Shown here one piece after another: positions 34,379 through 50,871 of a stretch of DNA of 64,000 nucleotides (positions within the stretch are counted from its first letter, which is position 1; each line of letters starts with the position of its first letter). The DNA lies in NCBI GenBank assembly GCA_963739455.1, contig CAVUAK010000002.1, positions 432,641 to 496,640 on the forward strand. Direction: 5' to 3'. The position numbers were made by a program, and so were the translations under genes. The DNA is from an uncultured Gemmatimonadales bacterium. Its GTDB lineage: Bacteria; Gemmatimonadota; Gemmatimonadetes; Gemmatimonadales; GWC2-71-9. The notes beneath the pieces are model-generated. The model saw only the letters and a list, made by a program, of their open reading frames with translations. It ran no database searches and was not told the origin of the DNA.

Positions 34379-35442
34379 TCAGTACTCCAGCGGAAGTGCC
34401 ACCCGGCGCCCATCGCGCGCCGAGAGGTAGGTCGCGACAAGTATCTCGAGGGAATGCAGTCCTTCACGGCCATCTGTCTCGGGCGAGGCCTGCCCTCGCA
34501 GCGACTTGATCACGTTCTCGTAGTAGGGCTTGTGCCCGTGCCCGTACACCGATGTGGTCTGGTAGCTCGCCTGCTGAACCTGTTCGTCGTCCGCATGGGG
34601 CTCCGCGAACTCCCAGTGGTCGATCCGGTTCACGGCCACGCCCCCGATGCGCACGGTGCCCTTCTCGCCGAGGATGGTGATCGAACCCTCGAAGTTCTTC
34701 GGGTACGTGAGCATGGTGACGCTCATCGTGCCCAGCGCCCCGGTGCGCCATCGCACCGCGACGACGCCGGTATCCTCGACCTGGATGTTGCGCGCCAGGG
34801 TGGCGGTGTACGCCTGCACGCTCTCGACCGGCCCGATCAGCCAGTCGAGCAGGTCGACGTAGTGACTCGCCTGGTTCATGAACGCGCCGCCGTCGAATTC
34901 CCAGGTGCCACGCCACGCCGCACTGTCGTAGTACGACTGGGGCCGCGACCAGAACACGTTCACGTTCACCATGTAGATCCGCCCGAACCGTCCCGCCTGA
35001 CACTGCGCGCTTGAGCAGCTGCAGCGTCGGATTGCGGCGGTTCTGCTTGACGACGAACAGGTGCACGCCGGCTGCGTCGCAGGCCGCGACCATCCGCTTC
35101 CCATCCTGCCAGTGCGTGGCCATCGGCTTCTCGGTCATGACGTGCCGGCCGGTCGCGGCGACCCGGATCGCCTGCTCCGCGTGCAGCCCGCTCGGCGTCG
35201 CCAGGATGACGCAATCGGCATCGGTGCCTGCCAGCATCTGCCTCGAGCGAGCGGAAACCGGGCGCACCGGTCTTCTGCTGCGCCGCCGCGAGCGCCACCG
35301 GATCCACGTCGCACACACCCACGAGCTCGCACTCGGACGCGTGCGCAGCGATGGCCTCGAAATGATTGGCCGAGATGCGACCGCAGCCGACCAGGGCAAA
35401 CCGGATGCGGCGATTGGCAACCACAGGCTTCGTCACGAACAT
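34379..35442 (-). CDS. Gfo/Idh/MocA oxidoreductase, WlbA/WbpB-like UDP-GlcNAcA 3-dehydrogenase (frameshifted)
   Basis: RIRFALVGCGRIS, TPSGLH, TEKPMAT, VVKQNRRN, WRGTWEFDGGAFMNQASHYVD, SVYGHGH. Confidence 0.85.
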
Positions 35443-35471
35443 CGGCCCGCCGGCCGGGGAGGTGGATCCTG

Positions 35472-36588
35472 TCACGAGTAGAACCTCCGAATCGCGTCCA
35501 CTACAGCGGCCTGCTGCGCCTCGGTGAGCTCGGGATAGATCGGAAGTGACAGCACCTGCTCCATTGCCCTCTCGGTGACGGGAAGGCTGCCGAGCTTGTA
35601 GCCGAGATCGGCGAAGCAGGGCTGCAGGTGGAGCGCGATCGGGTAGTAGACGGCACACCCGATGCCCTGGCTCTTGAGGTGGGCCAGCAGCTCATCACGG
35701 CGCTCCGCCCGAATCGTGTACTGGTGGTAGATGTGCTCGTTCGCGGCATCAGTCGGCGGCGGCGTCACTCCCGGGACTCCGGCGAGGGCCTTGCCATACC
35801 AGTCCGCCCGCGCCCGCCGCGCCACGTTCCACTCCTGCAGGTGCCTGAGCTTCACGAGCAGGATCGCCGCCTGGAGGGAGTCGAGCCGGCTGTTGTACCC
35901 CACTTCCTCGTGGTGATACTGCCGGGCACCGCCATGCAGCCTCAGCTTGGCCAGTCGCGCTCCCAGCGCGTCGTCCTGTGTCAGCATCATGCCGCCGTCG
36001 CCCCAGCCACCGAGATTCTTGCTGGGGAAGAACGACAGGGTGCCGACGGAGCCAAGCTCTCCCGGCGACGCGCCAGGTCCCGTCGATGCGCCGCCGCGCG
36101 CCGATGGACTGCGCCCCGTCCTCGATGATGGCAAGCCCATGCTTCCGCGCGATCGGGAGGATGCGCTCCATCGGCGCCATCTGCCCGAAGAGGTGCACCA
36201 CAACGATGGCCCGCGTCCTCGGCGTGATCGCCGCCTCGATGGACTCGGGCGAGATGTTGAACATCGCCTCGTCGATATCGGCAAATACCGGCCGGCCACC
36301 GGCATTGTGAATGGCGCCGGCCGTGGCGAAGAAGGTGAACGCCGGCGCAATGACCTCGTCGCCCGGCTTCAGGTCGAGGGCCCGGATCGGCAGGAGCAGC
36401 GCGTCGGTGCCGCTCGCGCAAGCAATTGCATGCCGGGTGTGGCACAGCTCGGCGATCGCCTGCTCCAGGGCAGGGATCTCGGGACCCATGACAAAGGCCT
36501 GCCGCTCGATGACAGAACGGAGGGCCGGCTCGATCTCGTCGCGGATCGAGCTGTACTGGGCCACCAGGTCGAGAAGGGGAACACTCAT
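35472..36588 (-). CDS. DegT/DnrJ/EryC1/StrS aminotransferase, WbpE/WlbC-like (frameshift ~36065)
   Basis: ASGTDAL, VHLFGQ, IEDGAQSIGA, SFFPSKNLGGWGDGG, GYNSRLD, LSLPIYPEL. Confidence 0.9.
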
Positions 36589-36686
36589 CGGCACGTCTCG
36601 CGCGTATTGGCAAGGACCAAGCCGATGAATCGCGACGTGCGGCGAAGCCTCGGCGTGAAATAGCTAAGTTTTGACAAGTCTTGAAG

Positions 36687-37277
36687 TTAGCCGGTGCTGG
36701 CGGGACGGTCAATCGGGGTGAGAAAACCATCGTTTTCGGCGTATGTCGATCCGCACGCACCACACACGGCGCGTCCCTGCTCCACCTTCAGCCGCACCCC
36801 ACACTGGCACATCCAGCCGATGCGCCGGGCCGGCACACCGACCATCAGGCCGTAGGCAGGCACGTCGTTCGTGATGACCGCTCCTGCCCCGATGAAGGAA
36901 TACTCGCCCAGGGTGACCCCGCAGACGATGGTGGCATTGGCCCCGATCGTGGAACCCCGGCGCACCAGGGTCGCCTTGTACTCGGCCTTCCGCGACACAT
37001 GGCTGCGGGGGTTGATCACGTTGGTAAACACGCAACTCGGGCCGCAGAAGACATCGTCCTCGAGCGTCACGCCCTCGTAGATCGACACGTTGTTCTGGAC
37101 CTTGACGTCGTTGCCGAGGCGGGTCTTCGGCATCACGACCACATTCTGGCCGAGGTTGCAGCGCTCGCCGATCACCGCCCCGGGCATGACATGGGAGAAG
37201 TGCCAGATCTTGCTCCCCGCCCCGATAACGGCACCATCATCCACGTAGCTCGACTCGTGCACGAAGTAGTCAGCCAT
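36687..37277 (-). CDS. Left-handed beta-helix N-acetyltransferase, WbpD/WlbB-like
   Basis: [49 protein letters not shown]. Confidence 0.9.
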   Translation of the reverse strand: MADYFVHESSYVDDGAVIGAGSKIWHFSHVMPGAVIGERCNLGQNVVVMPKTRLGNDVKVQNNVSIYEGVTLEDDVFCGPSCVFTNVINPRSHVSRKAEYKATLVRRGSTIGANATIVCGVTLGEYSFIGAGAVITNDVPAYGLMVGVPARRIGWMCQCGVRLKVEQGRAVCGACGSTYAENDGFLTPIDRPASTG

Positions 37278-38219
37278 GCAGGTACTCCCCTCGCATTCCG
37301 ATGAGCTTCACTTCCGTTTCCAGCATTGCCCCGAACTGCTCATGCACGCGCGCCTGCGCCAGCGCAATCAGGCCGCGAACGTCGGCTGCCGATGCGCCCC
37401 CGGTGTTCACGAAATAGTTGGCGTGCATTGGTGAAATTTCCGCGCCACCGATGCGTGACCCCTTGAGCCCGGCGGCCTCGATGAGCTGCCCGGCCGTCCG
37501 CGGTCCCTCACGGTGCTCCCAGCTGGGGCCACCCGGATTCTTGAACACGCTGCCGCAGCATGGCTGGTTGAACGGCGTGCCCTCCTGGCGCCAGCGGAAG
37601 AGCTCGGCCACTTCCTCGGAAAGTGCCTCCTTCCGCTCCGCGCGGAGCGTGACGTCAGCTTCCAGCACCACCATGCCATCCAACCCACTCCGGCGGTACG
37701 TGAAGGGCACGTCGGCCCGCATGAGCCATCGCTCCTGCCCGTGCGCATCGACGACAAGTACCCGGGTGACGACCTCGGCCCACTCGCCACCATGGCACCC
37801 GGCATTCATGTACACGCCACCACCCACCGTGCCGGGAACCCCGACGAACTTGTGCAGCCCGGCCCATCCCGCCTCCGCCGTGCGACGAGCGGCGAGCGGT
37901 CCGGGCAGCCCTGCCCCGAGTCGCCAGCTCTCCCCCGATGACTCGACGCGGTCGAGGCCCTTGCCCAGGCGAATGACGAGCGCGTCGAGTCCACTGTCTG
38001 GAAAGAGGAGGTTGGATCCGAGACCAAGCGCGAACCAGGGAATGCCCGCCTGCCCCGCCGACTGCAGCGCGATGGCAACGTCCTCGGGGCTCGACGGCAG
38101 GAGCACGGTGGCGGGGCCGCCGATGCGGTAGGTGGAGTAGCGCGCGAGCGGCTCGTTCTCCCGGACCTCGCCGCGAACCAGGGCTCGAAGTGCGCCAGCG
38201 AAACCCGGCTCGCGCGCGG

Positions 38220-38232
<13 letters not shown>
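37270..38232 (-). CDS. murB: UDP-N-acetylenolpyruvoylglucosamine reductase
   Basis: [47 protein letters not shown]. Confidence 0.95.
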
Positions 38233-41469
<3,237 letters not shown>

Positions 41470-41486
<17 letters not shown>

Positions 41487-42422
41487 TCATCCCCCGCTCC
41501 GCATGTTCGACATACCACTGATAGGTGGACTTGATGCCCACTTCGAGCGAAATACCCGCGCGCCAGCCCAGCGCCGCCAGTTTCGACACATCCATCACCT
41601 TGCGGGGTGTTCCGTCGGGCTTCCGGGCATCATGGGTAAACCGTCCTTCATAGCCCGTCGCCGCCGCCACGATGGTGGCCAGTTCACGAATCGACACGTC
41701 CGTCCCGGAGCCGACATTGAGGAAGCCCGGCTGGCTGACGTTGTCCATGAGGAAGCAGGCGGCGTCCGCGACGTCATCCACGTGCAGGAACTCGCGGCGG
41801 GGCTGGCCACTGCCCCAGATCACGACCTCCTCGAGCCCTGCCAGCCGGGCCTCGTGGCACTTCCGCATGAGCGCGGGCAGTACGTGTGACGTATGCAGGT
41901 CGAAGCTGTCGTTCGGCCCGTACAGATTGCATGGCATGGCCGAGATGAAGTCCGCCCCGTGCTGCGACCGGTAGGCATCGCAGAGCTTGATGGCGGCAAT
42001 CTTGGCGATGGCATAGGCCTCGTTCGTCGGCTCGAGCAGGCCGGTGAGCAGCGACTCTTCCTGCAGCGGCTGCGGCGCCAGTCGCGGATAGATGCACGAG
42101 CTGCCCAGGTTCAGCAGCTTGCGCACACCATGCCGGTGCGCCGACGCCAGGACATTCAAGGCGATGCGCATGTTGTCATCGAGGAAGTCGACCGGCGCCT
42201 CCACGTTGGCCAGGATGCCACCGACCTTCGCCGCGGCGAGGAAGACGAACTCCGGCTTCTGGTCGCGGAAGAACCGGTCAACCGCTGGCGCATCGGTGAG
42301 GTCCAGCTCGTCGCGCGATGCGACGATGAGCGCCTCGTGGCCCCGGCCAGCGAGGGCCCGGGATATGGCGCTGCCCACCATTCCGCGATGACCGGCCACG
42401 AAGATGCGCGACCCTCGCTGCA

Positions 42423-42426
<4 letters not shown>
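41470..42426 (-). CDS. fcl: GDP-L-fucose synthase
   Basis: [46 protein letters not shown]. Confidence 0.95.
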
Positions 42427-43471
<1,045 letters not shown>

Positions 43472-43475
<4 letters not shown>

Positions 43476-44420
43476 CGTCCCTCCGCGCCCTTCGTCGAGG
43501 GCCCCCACGAGATCTGCCAGCGTCTGGTCCAGCCCGAACTTCGGCGCCCACCCGAGGGCCGCCAGGCGGCTGCCGTCACCCACCAGGTAGTCGAGGTCGG
43601 CCGGCCGGAACAGCGCGGGATCGACCACCGATTCAACCTCCCAGCCCACCGCGAGCGCAATCCGCCGGAGCAGCTCCTGCAGCGAGACCCCCCGGCCACT
43701 GGCGACGTTGTAGACGGCCCCGGCCTCACCCTGGCTGAGCAGGAGGGTCAATGCGCGCGCCACGTCGCGGACATCCGTCAATTCGCGAACAGGCGTCAGG
43801 TTTCCGGCTGGGACCGTTCGAGCCCCGGCTCTCCTGGCCGCGAGGACCCGCTGCGCCAGTGCAGGCACCACGAACGCGTCGCGCTGGCCCGGGCCCGTCT
43901 GCTGGAAGCATCGCGCAATGACCCCGTTGAAGCCGGAGCGGCGATGTGATTCCTGCAGGGCCAGCTCCGCCGCGAGCTTGGAGGCGGCATAGGGAGAGCA
44001 TGGTGCAGTCGGGTCGCTCTCGCTGATGGGGCGGGCATAGCCACGGCCGTACACTTCGCCCGTCGACGCGAACACGACCCTGGTCCCGGGACGGAGGCGC
44101 TCTATTTCATATACCAGGGCGCACGTGCCCATGGCGTTGGTGGCCCAGGCGGTGAGCGGGTCGCGTCGTGCCTCCGCCCCGGAGGCGACCGCAGCCAGGT
44201 GCGCCACCGCGTCCGGGGCGTGGTCGAGTGCCGCCTCGATCGACACGGTCGACCCGAGCTCGAACCCGACCCACTGCACTCCGGCAAGGCCGCTCCGATG
44301 CGCCTCATCCAGGACTTCAGCGGTCCGGAGGGCTCCGACCACCTGGTGCCCCTGGGCCAGTAGCTCCCGGCAGAGCGCGCCCCCCACGAATCCGCCGGCG
44401 CCGGTCACGAGTACGCGCAT
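43472..44420 (-). CDS. Extended SDR, Rmd-like GDP-4-keto-6-deoxymannose reductase (read in frame with gmd in this assembly)
   Basis: [28 protein letters not shown]...FVVP, GNL..VRE.TDVRDV. Confidence 0.7.
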
Positions 44421-44431
44421 CAACAGACCTC

Positions 44432-44460
44432 TTGTCGCACAGGGCCAAACCTGATAGGTT
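44432..44460 (+). promoter_or_regulatory. Putative sigma70 promoter for rpmB
   Basis: TTGTCG-17 bp-TAGGTT with an extended TGn. Confidence 0.55.
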
Positions 44461-44518
44461 TCAAGGCTTTCCGACTATTGAACCGCGTCTGGTTTCCAAC
44501 ACGTTTGAGGGGTGTCCG

Positions 44519-44710
44519 ATGTCTCGCGTCTGCACGGTATGCACCAAGGGTCCGGTGACTGGCAACAATGTCAGCCACGCCAAGAACAAGACGAAGCGTC
44601 GGTGGTACCCCAACCTGCAGACGGTGCGGGTGATGGTCGAGGGCGCCCCGCGCCGGGTGCGCGTCTGCACGCGGTGCCTCAAGAGTAATCGCGTCAAGAA
44701 GGCGTCGTAG
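44519..44710 (+). CDS. rpmB: 50S ribosomal protein L28
   Basis: [34 protein letters not shown]...CTRCLKS; GAGGGG RBS. Confidence 0.97.
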   Translation: MSRVCTVCTKGPVTGNNVSHAKNKTKRRWYPNLQTVRVMVEGAPRRVRVCTRCLKSNRVKKAS

Positions 44711-44725
44711 GCTCCAGTCGGGCTC

Positions 44726-44760
44726 AAAAAAAGGGGACCCTTGGGTCCCCTTCTTCGTTT
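44726..44760. terminator. Bidirectional intrinsic terminator between convergent rpmB and rplQ
   Basis: A7-ggggaccc-tt-gggtcccc-ttcttcgttt. Confidence 0.85.
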
Positions 44761-44784
44761 CCGCTACCGCCAGCAGCATCACCG

Positions 44785-45141
44785 TCACTCTGCCAGCAAC
44801 TCGATCCGCGCCAGATCAGCGCCATCACCGGGGCGGTGCCCCAGCTTGAGGATGCGGGTGTAGCCGCCGGGACGGCTGGCGAAACGGGGACCGATCTCGG
44901 TGAACAGGCGACCAAGCGACTCGCGGTCGCGCAGCTTCTGCTCGGCCTGACGGCGGGCGTGCAGGTCACCGCGACGCGCCAGCGTGATGAGCCGCTCGGC
45001 GTACGGCCGCAGCTCCTTGGCCTTCGCTTCGGTGGTGACGATCTGCTCGTGGGTAAACAGGCTGGTCGCCATGTTCCGCAGGAGCGCCTTGCGGTGCTCC
45101 GAGGTCCTGGAGAGCTGCCGTCCCTTCGCGCGATGCCGCAT
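44785..45141 (-). CDS. rplQ: 50S ribosomal protein L17
   Basis: [31 protein letters not shown]. Confidence 0.98.
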   Translation of the reverse strand: MRHRAKGRQLSRTSEHRKALLRNMATSLFTHEQIVTTEAKAKELRPYAERLITLARRGDLHARRQAEQKLRDRESLGRLFTEIGPRFASRPGGYTRILKLGHRPGDGADLARIELLAE

Positions 45142-46187
45142 TAGACCCCCTCACCCGCCGCAGGAGCGGCCGCCACTTCGGACTTGCTGCGGACGCGAAG
45201 CTCGCCATCGACGTCCTCGAACTGCAGGGAGAACGTCAGGCCCTCGCGCTCGAGCAGCTCGCGAATTTCGGCCAGCGCCTTCTCACCAACGTTCTTGACC
45301 TTGAGGAGCTCATCCTCGCTGAACGCGACCAGGTCGCGGAGCGTACGGATGTTCGAGTTCTTGAGCGAGTTGAGCGAGCGCACCGAGAGACCGAAGTCGT
45401 CGATGAGCCGGCCCAGCAGGTTCTTGAGGCTCTGGCTCGCCACGGAACCCTCGGCGACCGGCTCGCGCGCGGCCGGCACCTTGCCGAACTCGACGAAGTA
45501 CCGGAAGTGCTCCTGCGCCAGGGCTGCGGAGTAGGCCAGCGCGTCCTCGGGCGAAATGGTGCCGTTGGTTTCGACGGTGACCGTGAGGCGATCGTAGTCG
45601 GTGCGCTGGCCGACGCGGGTCTCGGCCACCATGAAGTTGGCGCGACGAACCGGGTTGTAGATCGCGTCGATGCGCACGACGTCGACCGGCATGGAGCGGT
45701 CGACCGGGTGCATTTCGGACTCGACGTAGCCCCGGCCCTTGTTCACGTAGAGCTCGGCGTTCACGTCGCGATCGTCCTGCAGCGTGAAGAGCAGCTGGTC
45801 GGGATTGATGACGCGCACCGAGCCGTGCGGCTGGATGTCGCGGGCGTACACCGGGCCGGCGCCATCGCGCTTGATGTGCAGCACGGCCTCGTCGACTTCG
45901 GGATCGAGGACGAGCGTCAGCGCCTTCAGCCGCTGGATGATCTGGTGCACGTCCTCGAGCACGCCCTGCACCGTCTGGTGCTCGTGCACGACGCCATCGA
46001 GGCGGAACGCCCAGACCGCGCTGCCCCGGAGCGAGCTCAGCAGGAGGCGGCGGAGCGAATTGCCGAGCGTGTACCCGAAGCCGCGCTCGAGCGGCTGGAG
46101 GCGGAACTCGGCGACGTTTGGATTGTCTTCGCGCTTCGTCATTTCGACGAGGTGCGGACGGACCAGACCTGTAAGATCGATGCTCAT
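45141..46187 (-). CDS. rpoA: RNA polymerase alpha subunit
   Basis: [47 protein letters not shown]. Confidence 0.98.
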   Translation of the reverse strand: MSIDLTGLVRPHLVEMTKREDNPNVAEFRLQPLERGFGYTLGNSLRRLLLSSLRGSAVWAFRLDGVVHEHQTVQGVLEDVHQIIQRLKALTLVLDPEVDEAVLHIKRDGAGPVYARDIQPHGSVRVINPDQLLFTLQDDRDVNAELYVNKGRGYVESEMHPVDRSMPVDVVRIDAIYNPVRRANFMVAETRVGQRTDYDRLTVTVETNGTISPEDALAYSAALAQEHFRYFVEFGKVPAAREPVAEGSVASQSLKNLLGRLIDDFGLSVRSLNSLKNSNIRTLRDLVAFSEDELLKVKNVGEKALAEIRELLEREGLTFSLQFEDVDGELRVRSKSEVAAAPAAGEGV

Positions 46188-46191
46188 GGTA

Positions 46192-46830
46192 TCACTTGGA
46201 ATACAGCTCGACGATCAGCTGTTCCTGCGCGTTGATCGGGATCGCCTCGCGAGTCGGACGCTCGAGCAGTCGGCCCGAAGCCTTCTCGGTGTCGATGTTG
46301 AGCCAGGAGACCGGCTGGCCACGTGACGCGTACTCCTGCGCCATGTGGACCGACACCAGCTCGCGGCTCGACGGGGCGACGCGGATTTCCTGGCCCGGGA
46401 GTACACGGAACGACGGGATGTCGACCCGCTTGCCGTTCACTTCCACGTGACCATGGCCGATGAGCTGGCGCGCGGCCTTGCGGCTGGAGGCAAATCCCAG
46501 GCGGTACACGATGTTGTCGAGACGGGTCTCGAGCGCGACGAGCAGGTTCGTGCCCTTCACGCCGGCCTCGTGGCTGACGCCATCGAACAGGTTGCGGAAC
46601 TGGCTCTCGGAGAGGCCGTAGATCCGCTTCACCTTCTGCTTCTCACGCAGCTGCTTGGCGTACTCGGACGTCTTGCGGCCGCGACCCTGCGTCTGCTGGC
46701 CATGCTGGCCCGGCGGATAGGCGCGGCGCTCCACCGGGCACTTCTCGGTGAGGCACTTGGGCCCCTTGAGGAACAGCTTGGTTCCCTCGCGGCGGCACAG
46801 CTTGCAGCTTGCTCCAGTATACCGTGACAT
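46192..46830 (-). CDS. rpsD: 30S ribosomal protein S4
   Basis: CKLCRREG, PGQHG, QLREKQK, ETRLDN, LIVELYSK. Confidence 0.98.
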   Translation of the reverse strand: MSRYTGASCKLCRREGTKLFLKGPKCLTEKCPVERRAYPPGQHGQQTQGRGRKTSEYAKQLREKQKVKRIYGLSESQFRNLFDGVSHEAGVKGTNLLVALETRLDNIVYRLGFASSRKAARQLIGHGHVEVNGKRVDIPSFRVLPGQEIRVAPSSRELVSVHMAQEYASRGQPVSWLNIDTEKASGRLLERPTREAIPINAQEQLIVELYSK

Positions 46831-46833
46831 GGC

Positions 46834-47277
46834 TCAGACCCGACGCTTCTTGGGGGGACGGCAGCCGTTGTGCGGAATCGGCGTGACATCGCGGATGGAC
46901 ACGACCCGAAGTCCGACCGACGCGAGCGCCTGGATGGCCGACTCACGTCCACTGCCGGGACCCTGCACCCGCACGTGAACCCGGCGCAGGCCCATGTTCA
47001 TGGCCTCGCGCGCGCAGTTCTCGGCGGCGACGGTGGCGGCGAACGGGGTGGACTTCTTCGAGCCCTTGAACCCGGCCTTGCCCGCGGTGCCCCACGCCAG
47101 CGTGTTGCCACGCATGTCGGTGAGCGTAATCAGCACGTTGTTGAAGGTCGCGGAGATGTGCGCGATACCCTCGGACTCGACGGCCTTCTTGCCCCGCTTC
47201 GCTGCCGACGCCTTGGGGGCGGCGGTCGGCGCGGCGGCTTCCGGTTCCTGCTCGGTCGGCTGCGTTGGTGTCGTCAT
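46834..47277 (-). CDS. rpsK: 30S ribosomal protein S11
   Basis: [36 protein letters not shown]. Confidence 0.98.
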   Translation of the reverse strand: MTTPTQPTEQEPEAAAPTAAPKASAAKRGKKAVESEGIAHISATFNNVLITLTDMRGNTLAWGTAGKAGFKGSKKSTPFAATVAAENCAREAMNMGLRRVHVRVQGPGSGRESAIQALASVGLRVVSIRDVTPIPHNGCRPPKKRRV

Positions 47278-47658
47278 TTACTTCTTCGTCGCCTTCTTCT
47301 TGCCAGCAATGGCAACGCGACGGCCCTTCTTGGTCCGCGCATTGGTATGAGTGCGCTGTCCGCGCAGCGGGAGCCCACGACGATGCCGGACACCGCGGTA
47401 ACTGCCGATGTCCATGAGCCGCTTGATGTTCATGGCGGTCTCGGTGCGCAGCGCACCCTCGACCTTCACCGAGCGCTCGATCATCTGGCGCAAGCGCGCG
47501 ACTTCCGCGTCGGTCAGGTCGCGCACCCGCGTGTCCGGACTCACGCCCGTTTCGGCCAGGAGCTTGGTGCTCGTCGAGCGGCCAATGCCGAAGATGTATG
47601 TCAGAGCGATTTCGACGCGCTTCTCGCGCGGAAGATCGACGCCAGCGATACGTGCCAT
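47278..47658 (-). CDS. rpsM: 30S ribosomal protein S13
   Basis: [36 protein letters not shown]. Confidence 0.98.
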   Translation of the reverse strand: MARIAGVDLPREKRVEIALTYIFGIGRSTSTKLLAETGVSPDTRVRDLTDAEVARLRQMIERSVKVEGALRTETAMNIKRLMDIGSYRGVRHRRGLPLRGQRTHTNARTKKGRRVAIAGKKKATKK

Positions 47659-47660
47659 AT

Positions 47661-47777
47661 TCAGCCTTGCCGCTGCTTGTGCTTGGGATTGCGCTTGCAG
47701 ATGATCCGCACGACGCCTTGCCGCTTCACGACCTTGCAGAACTCGCAGATCGGTTTGACACTCGAACGAACCTTCAC
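47661..47777 (-). CDS. rpmJ: 50S ribosomal protein L36 (not in the ORF track)
   Basis: Manual translation from [51 protein letters not shown]. Confidence 0.97.
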   Translation of the reverse strand: MKVRSSVKPICEFCKVVKRQGVVRIICKRNPKHKQRQG

Positions 47778-47818
47778 GATCAGTCTCTCCCAAAGGCCAG
47801 TTTAGACCGCAGCTCGAG

Positions 47819-47847
47819 AAAGTAGCATCGCCCGCATCCCGACGCAA
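47819..47847 (-). promoter_or_regulatory. Putative sigma70 promoter for the rpmJ-rplQ operon
   Basis: Minus strand TTGCGT-17 bp-TACTTT with an extended TGn. Confidence 0.6.
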
Positions 47848-47861
47848 GGGAACGGGTTAGC

Positions 47862-48543
47862 CTACCCGGCGGCGGCCACCAGCTCGTCCAGAACCCGGGC
47901 CGGATCGGGGGCCTGGAGGATCGGACGGCCCACCACGAGGTGGGTCGCCCCGGCCCGGATGGCGTCCTCCGGGGAGGCCGACCTCGCCTGATCGCCCGCG
48001 GCATCGCCCGGGCGCCGGATTCCCGGTACCACAATGGTCGCCCCAGGGCGCAGGACCCCCGCAACGGTCCTCACCTCATGGGGAGAACAGACCACGCCCG
48101 ACAGGCCGGCGAGCCGCGCCTCCCCCGCGAGACGACCCACCTCGGCTTCGAGCGGAACAGACGGCCGGCCCACGGCCCGGGAGTACGAATCCGGGGAGTG
48201 CGAGGTCAGCACCGTTACACCGACCAGCAACATCGCCCCGCCGCGACGCCTCCGTCGCGGCCGCCATCATCTCCGCGCCGCCCAGCGTGTGAACCGTCGC
48301 CATGGACACCTGCAGCTCCCTGGCGGAACGCACTGCCCCTGCCACCGTGTTCGGGATGTCGTGCCACTTGAGGTCAAGGAATACCTGCAGGCCACGCGCA
48401 CGACACTCGGCGATGAGGGCCGGGCCCGCCGCGGTGAAGAGCACCGATCCCACCTTTACCCAGCGGGCCGAGGGCACGCGGTCCAGCAGGCGGTAGCCGG
48501 CGTCCGCGGTGGGGACGTCGAGGGCAATGATGATTTCAGGCAC
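47862..48543 (-). CDS. pyrF: Orotidine-5'-phosphate decarboxylase (frameshift ~48240)
   Basis: IIALDV, FLDLKWHDIPNTV, VTVLTS, VVCSPHE, PGIR, DQ.R, VVGRPI. Confidence 0.95.
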
Positions 48544-49403
48544 CGTCACGCTCCAGGCCAGCGATGACTCGTTCGGGAACCCGGGGATCGGCAAGGCCGG
48601 CGGTACCGATGGCCACGAGGGTCGCCCCGGCCCGGAGGTACTGCCGGGCATCGGCCGCGGTCGTCACGCCGCCCACCCCAATGACCGGCACGCCCCCGGT
48701 CCGTTCGAGCACGCGATGCACGGCACGGACGCCGATTGCCAGGAGCGCCGGGCCGCTCACCCCACCGGTGCCGTGACCGAGGCGGGGCGTCCCGTCATCG
48801 TATGTCAGGCTGCCCGGCACCGTGTTCACGACGGAGATCCCATCGGCGCCGGCGTCGCGCGCGACCAGGGCCATGGCGCCGATGTCGGGAAGCACGGGAG
48901 ACAGCTTGGCGATGAGGGGGCGCTTCGTGCGCGCGCGGCACCCGGCTGAGGATCCGCGCCACGCATTGCGGATCAGCGCCGAACTCGATGCCGCCGGCGC
49001 TGGTGTTGGGGCAGGACAGGTTCAGTTCATACGCCGTGATGCCCTCGACCGTCTCGAGCCCATCGATGACCGCGGCGTATTCGTCGGTCTCGAAGCCCAC
49101 CACGTTGACGATGACTCGGGCAGGGCCCGCATTGGCCACGAGCCACGGGAGGTGTTCGTCGCGCACCGCGACGAGGCCCGGGTTGGCCAGCCCGATCGAG
49201 TTGAGCATGCCGCCGCGATACTCCGCGACGCGCGGCGGGGCGTTGCCCGCGCGGGGCGCCAGCGAGACCGCCTTGCTGATGATCCCGCCGAGGCGCTGCA
49301 AGTCCATCACGCCCGCGAGCTCGCGGCCATAGCCCGCGGTGCCGGCGGCGAGGACGATGGGATTCTGGAACCGTGCCCCGAAGACCTCGCGCGTGCTGTC
49401 CAC
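48536..49403 (-). CDS. pyrD: Dihydroorotate dehydrogenase family 1 (frameshift ~48945)
   Basis: NPIVLAAGT, GNAPPR, MLNSIGLANPG, ELNLSCPN, GGVSGP, IGVGG. Confidence 0.93.
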
Positions 49404-49405
49404 TA

Positions 49406-50871
49406 CTACTGCGGGGGTGGGGCGGCGGTGGCGCCCGTCGTGCCGCGGGTAGACGGCGTACTGCGGGGCCGCTGCTGGCGACGACGCGCGGGGTTGTCGG
49501 CATCGTCGGGGTCGACGGTCCCATCCGCGCGCTTTGTCCCGGGCGCGCGCGCTGGCTTGGGCTTCGAGGCGGCGGCGAGGGAGCGGGCGAAATTGGCGAG
49601 GGAGTCCTCGAGATGGGCATAGGTGTCCCCCTCTTCCCCTCGCAACACCGCCAGGTATGGGCTCGTCGCAAAATGACTGTCGGGGCCCGTCGTGTCGCCC
49701 GTCAGCTGACGCCCGGCGAGCCACGCCTTCGCCGCATAGGGCGATTCGGGCCACCCCTGCGGGATGCTGGCGAAGATCGACGCGGCGAGCGGGCGCGCGC
49801 CAAGCGTGTCGCGGGCATACTCCGCCGCCAGGAACCGTCGCATGTCTCCTTGTGGCTCGCCGGGCGCGGTGGAGTCCATGAGGTGCTGTAGCTGTACGAT
49901 CTGGTTGCGCAACGGTGCCATGGCTCCCGCCACCGCACCGTCGCCGGCCGCGATCGTCTGCATGGTGGCGAGGGTCGCTTCGAGATCCGCCATGCTGTCG
50001 GCGCGGCGGATGCTCATCCGCGTCATGTCGAACCGCGCGCGATCGGCGAGTTCACCCGAGCCTGTCATGAGTATGATGTCGGCGTACCGCTGGCGCTGCA
50101 GGGCGGTATCGACCGACGCCAGGCGGTCGGCATCGGCGAACGACAAGGCCGCCGAGCGCTCCAGCGAGAGCGTCTTGCTCGTGGCAAGTGTGGTCGTCAG
50201 CTGGGACGCGAGACGGGGATCGGAGCGCCCCGTGATCGTGAGCAGCGAATCCCACGGAAGCGTCGAATCGCGCAGCGCCACGAGCGAGTCGAAAGCGCTC
50301 GTGGCCGCCGCCTCGTCGTGCAGTCCGGCGTAGGCCAGGGTGCGCTGTGCCAGCGCGCGGGTACCCGGCAGGCCGGACAAGGCGAGTCAATGCGGCCGAG
50401 TCACGGCCCGGCCCGGCGTTCAGCAGTCCCGAGCAGGAGGAGCGCCTGGCGCCGGCGTGTCTCGTCCTTGCTCTCGGTAACGGGACGCACGGTGCTCGAC
50501 GCCAGGTCCGCGGAGCCCAACCGGAGCTGACAGTACCCGAGCGCCAGGGTGGCCTGCTCACGACTCTCCTCGTCCTTCAGGCGCTCGATGGCCGGCGGGA
50601 GCACTCGGGTCGCCTGCCCGCACTGGCCCGCGGAGGCGTAGGCCTCGCCGCGGATGGCGAGCGCACCGGGCGCGTACTTGCCGTCGGGGCTGTGGACGAG
50701 CAGCGACTCGGCCTTGACCGATGCGCGCGACCAGTAGCTCCCGGCCTCGAGGGTGCGGCCTTCGCGATCCAGCCGGCGCGCCTCATCGGCGTACTTGTTG
50801 GCCTTGTAGTTGGCGTTGAAGGAGGCACAACCCTGCACCACGAGGAGCGCCGCCACCAGGGCGCGCCTCAC
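49406..50871 (-). CDS. Hypothetical helical/TPR-like lipoprotein (frameshift ~50380-50400)
   Basis: VQGC lipobox; helical repeats (SPDGKYAPGAL, WPESPYAAKA); ORFs 50401..50871 and 49406..50380 abut. Confidence 0.6.
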
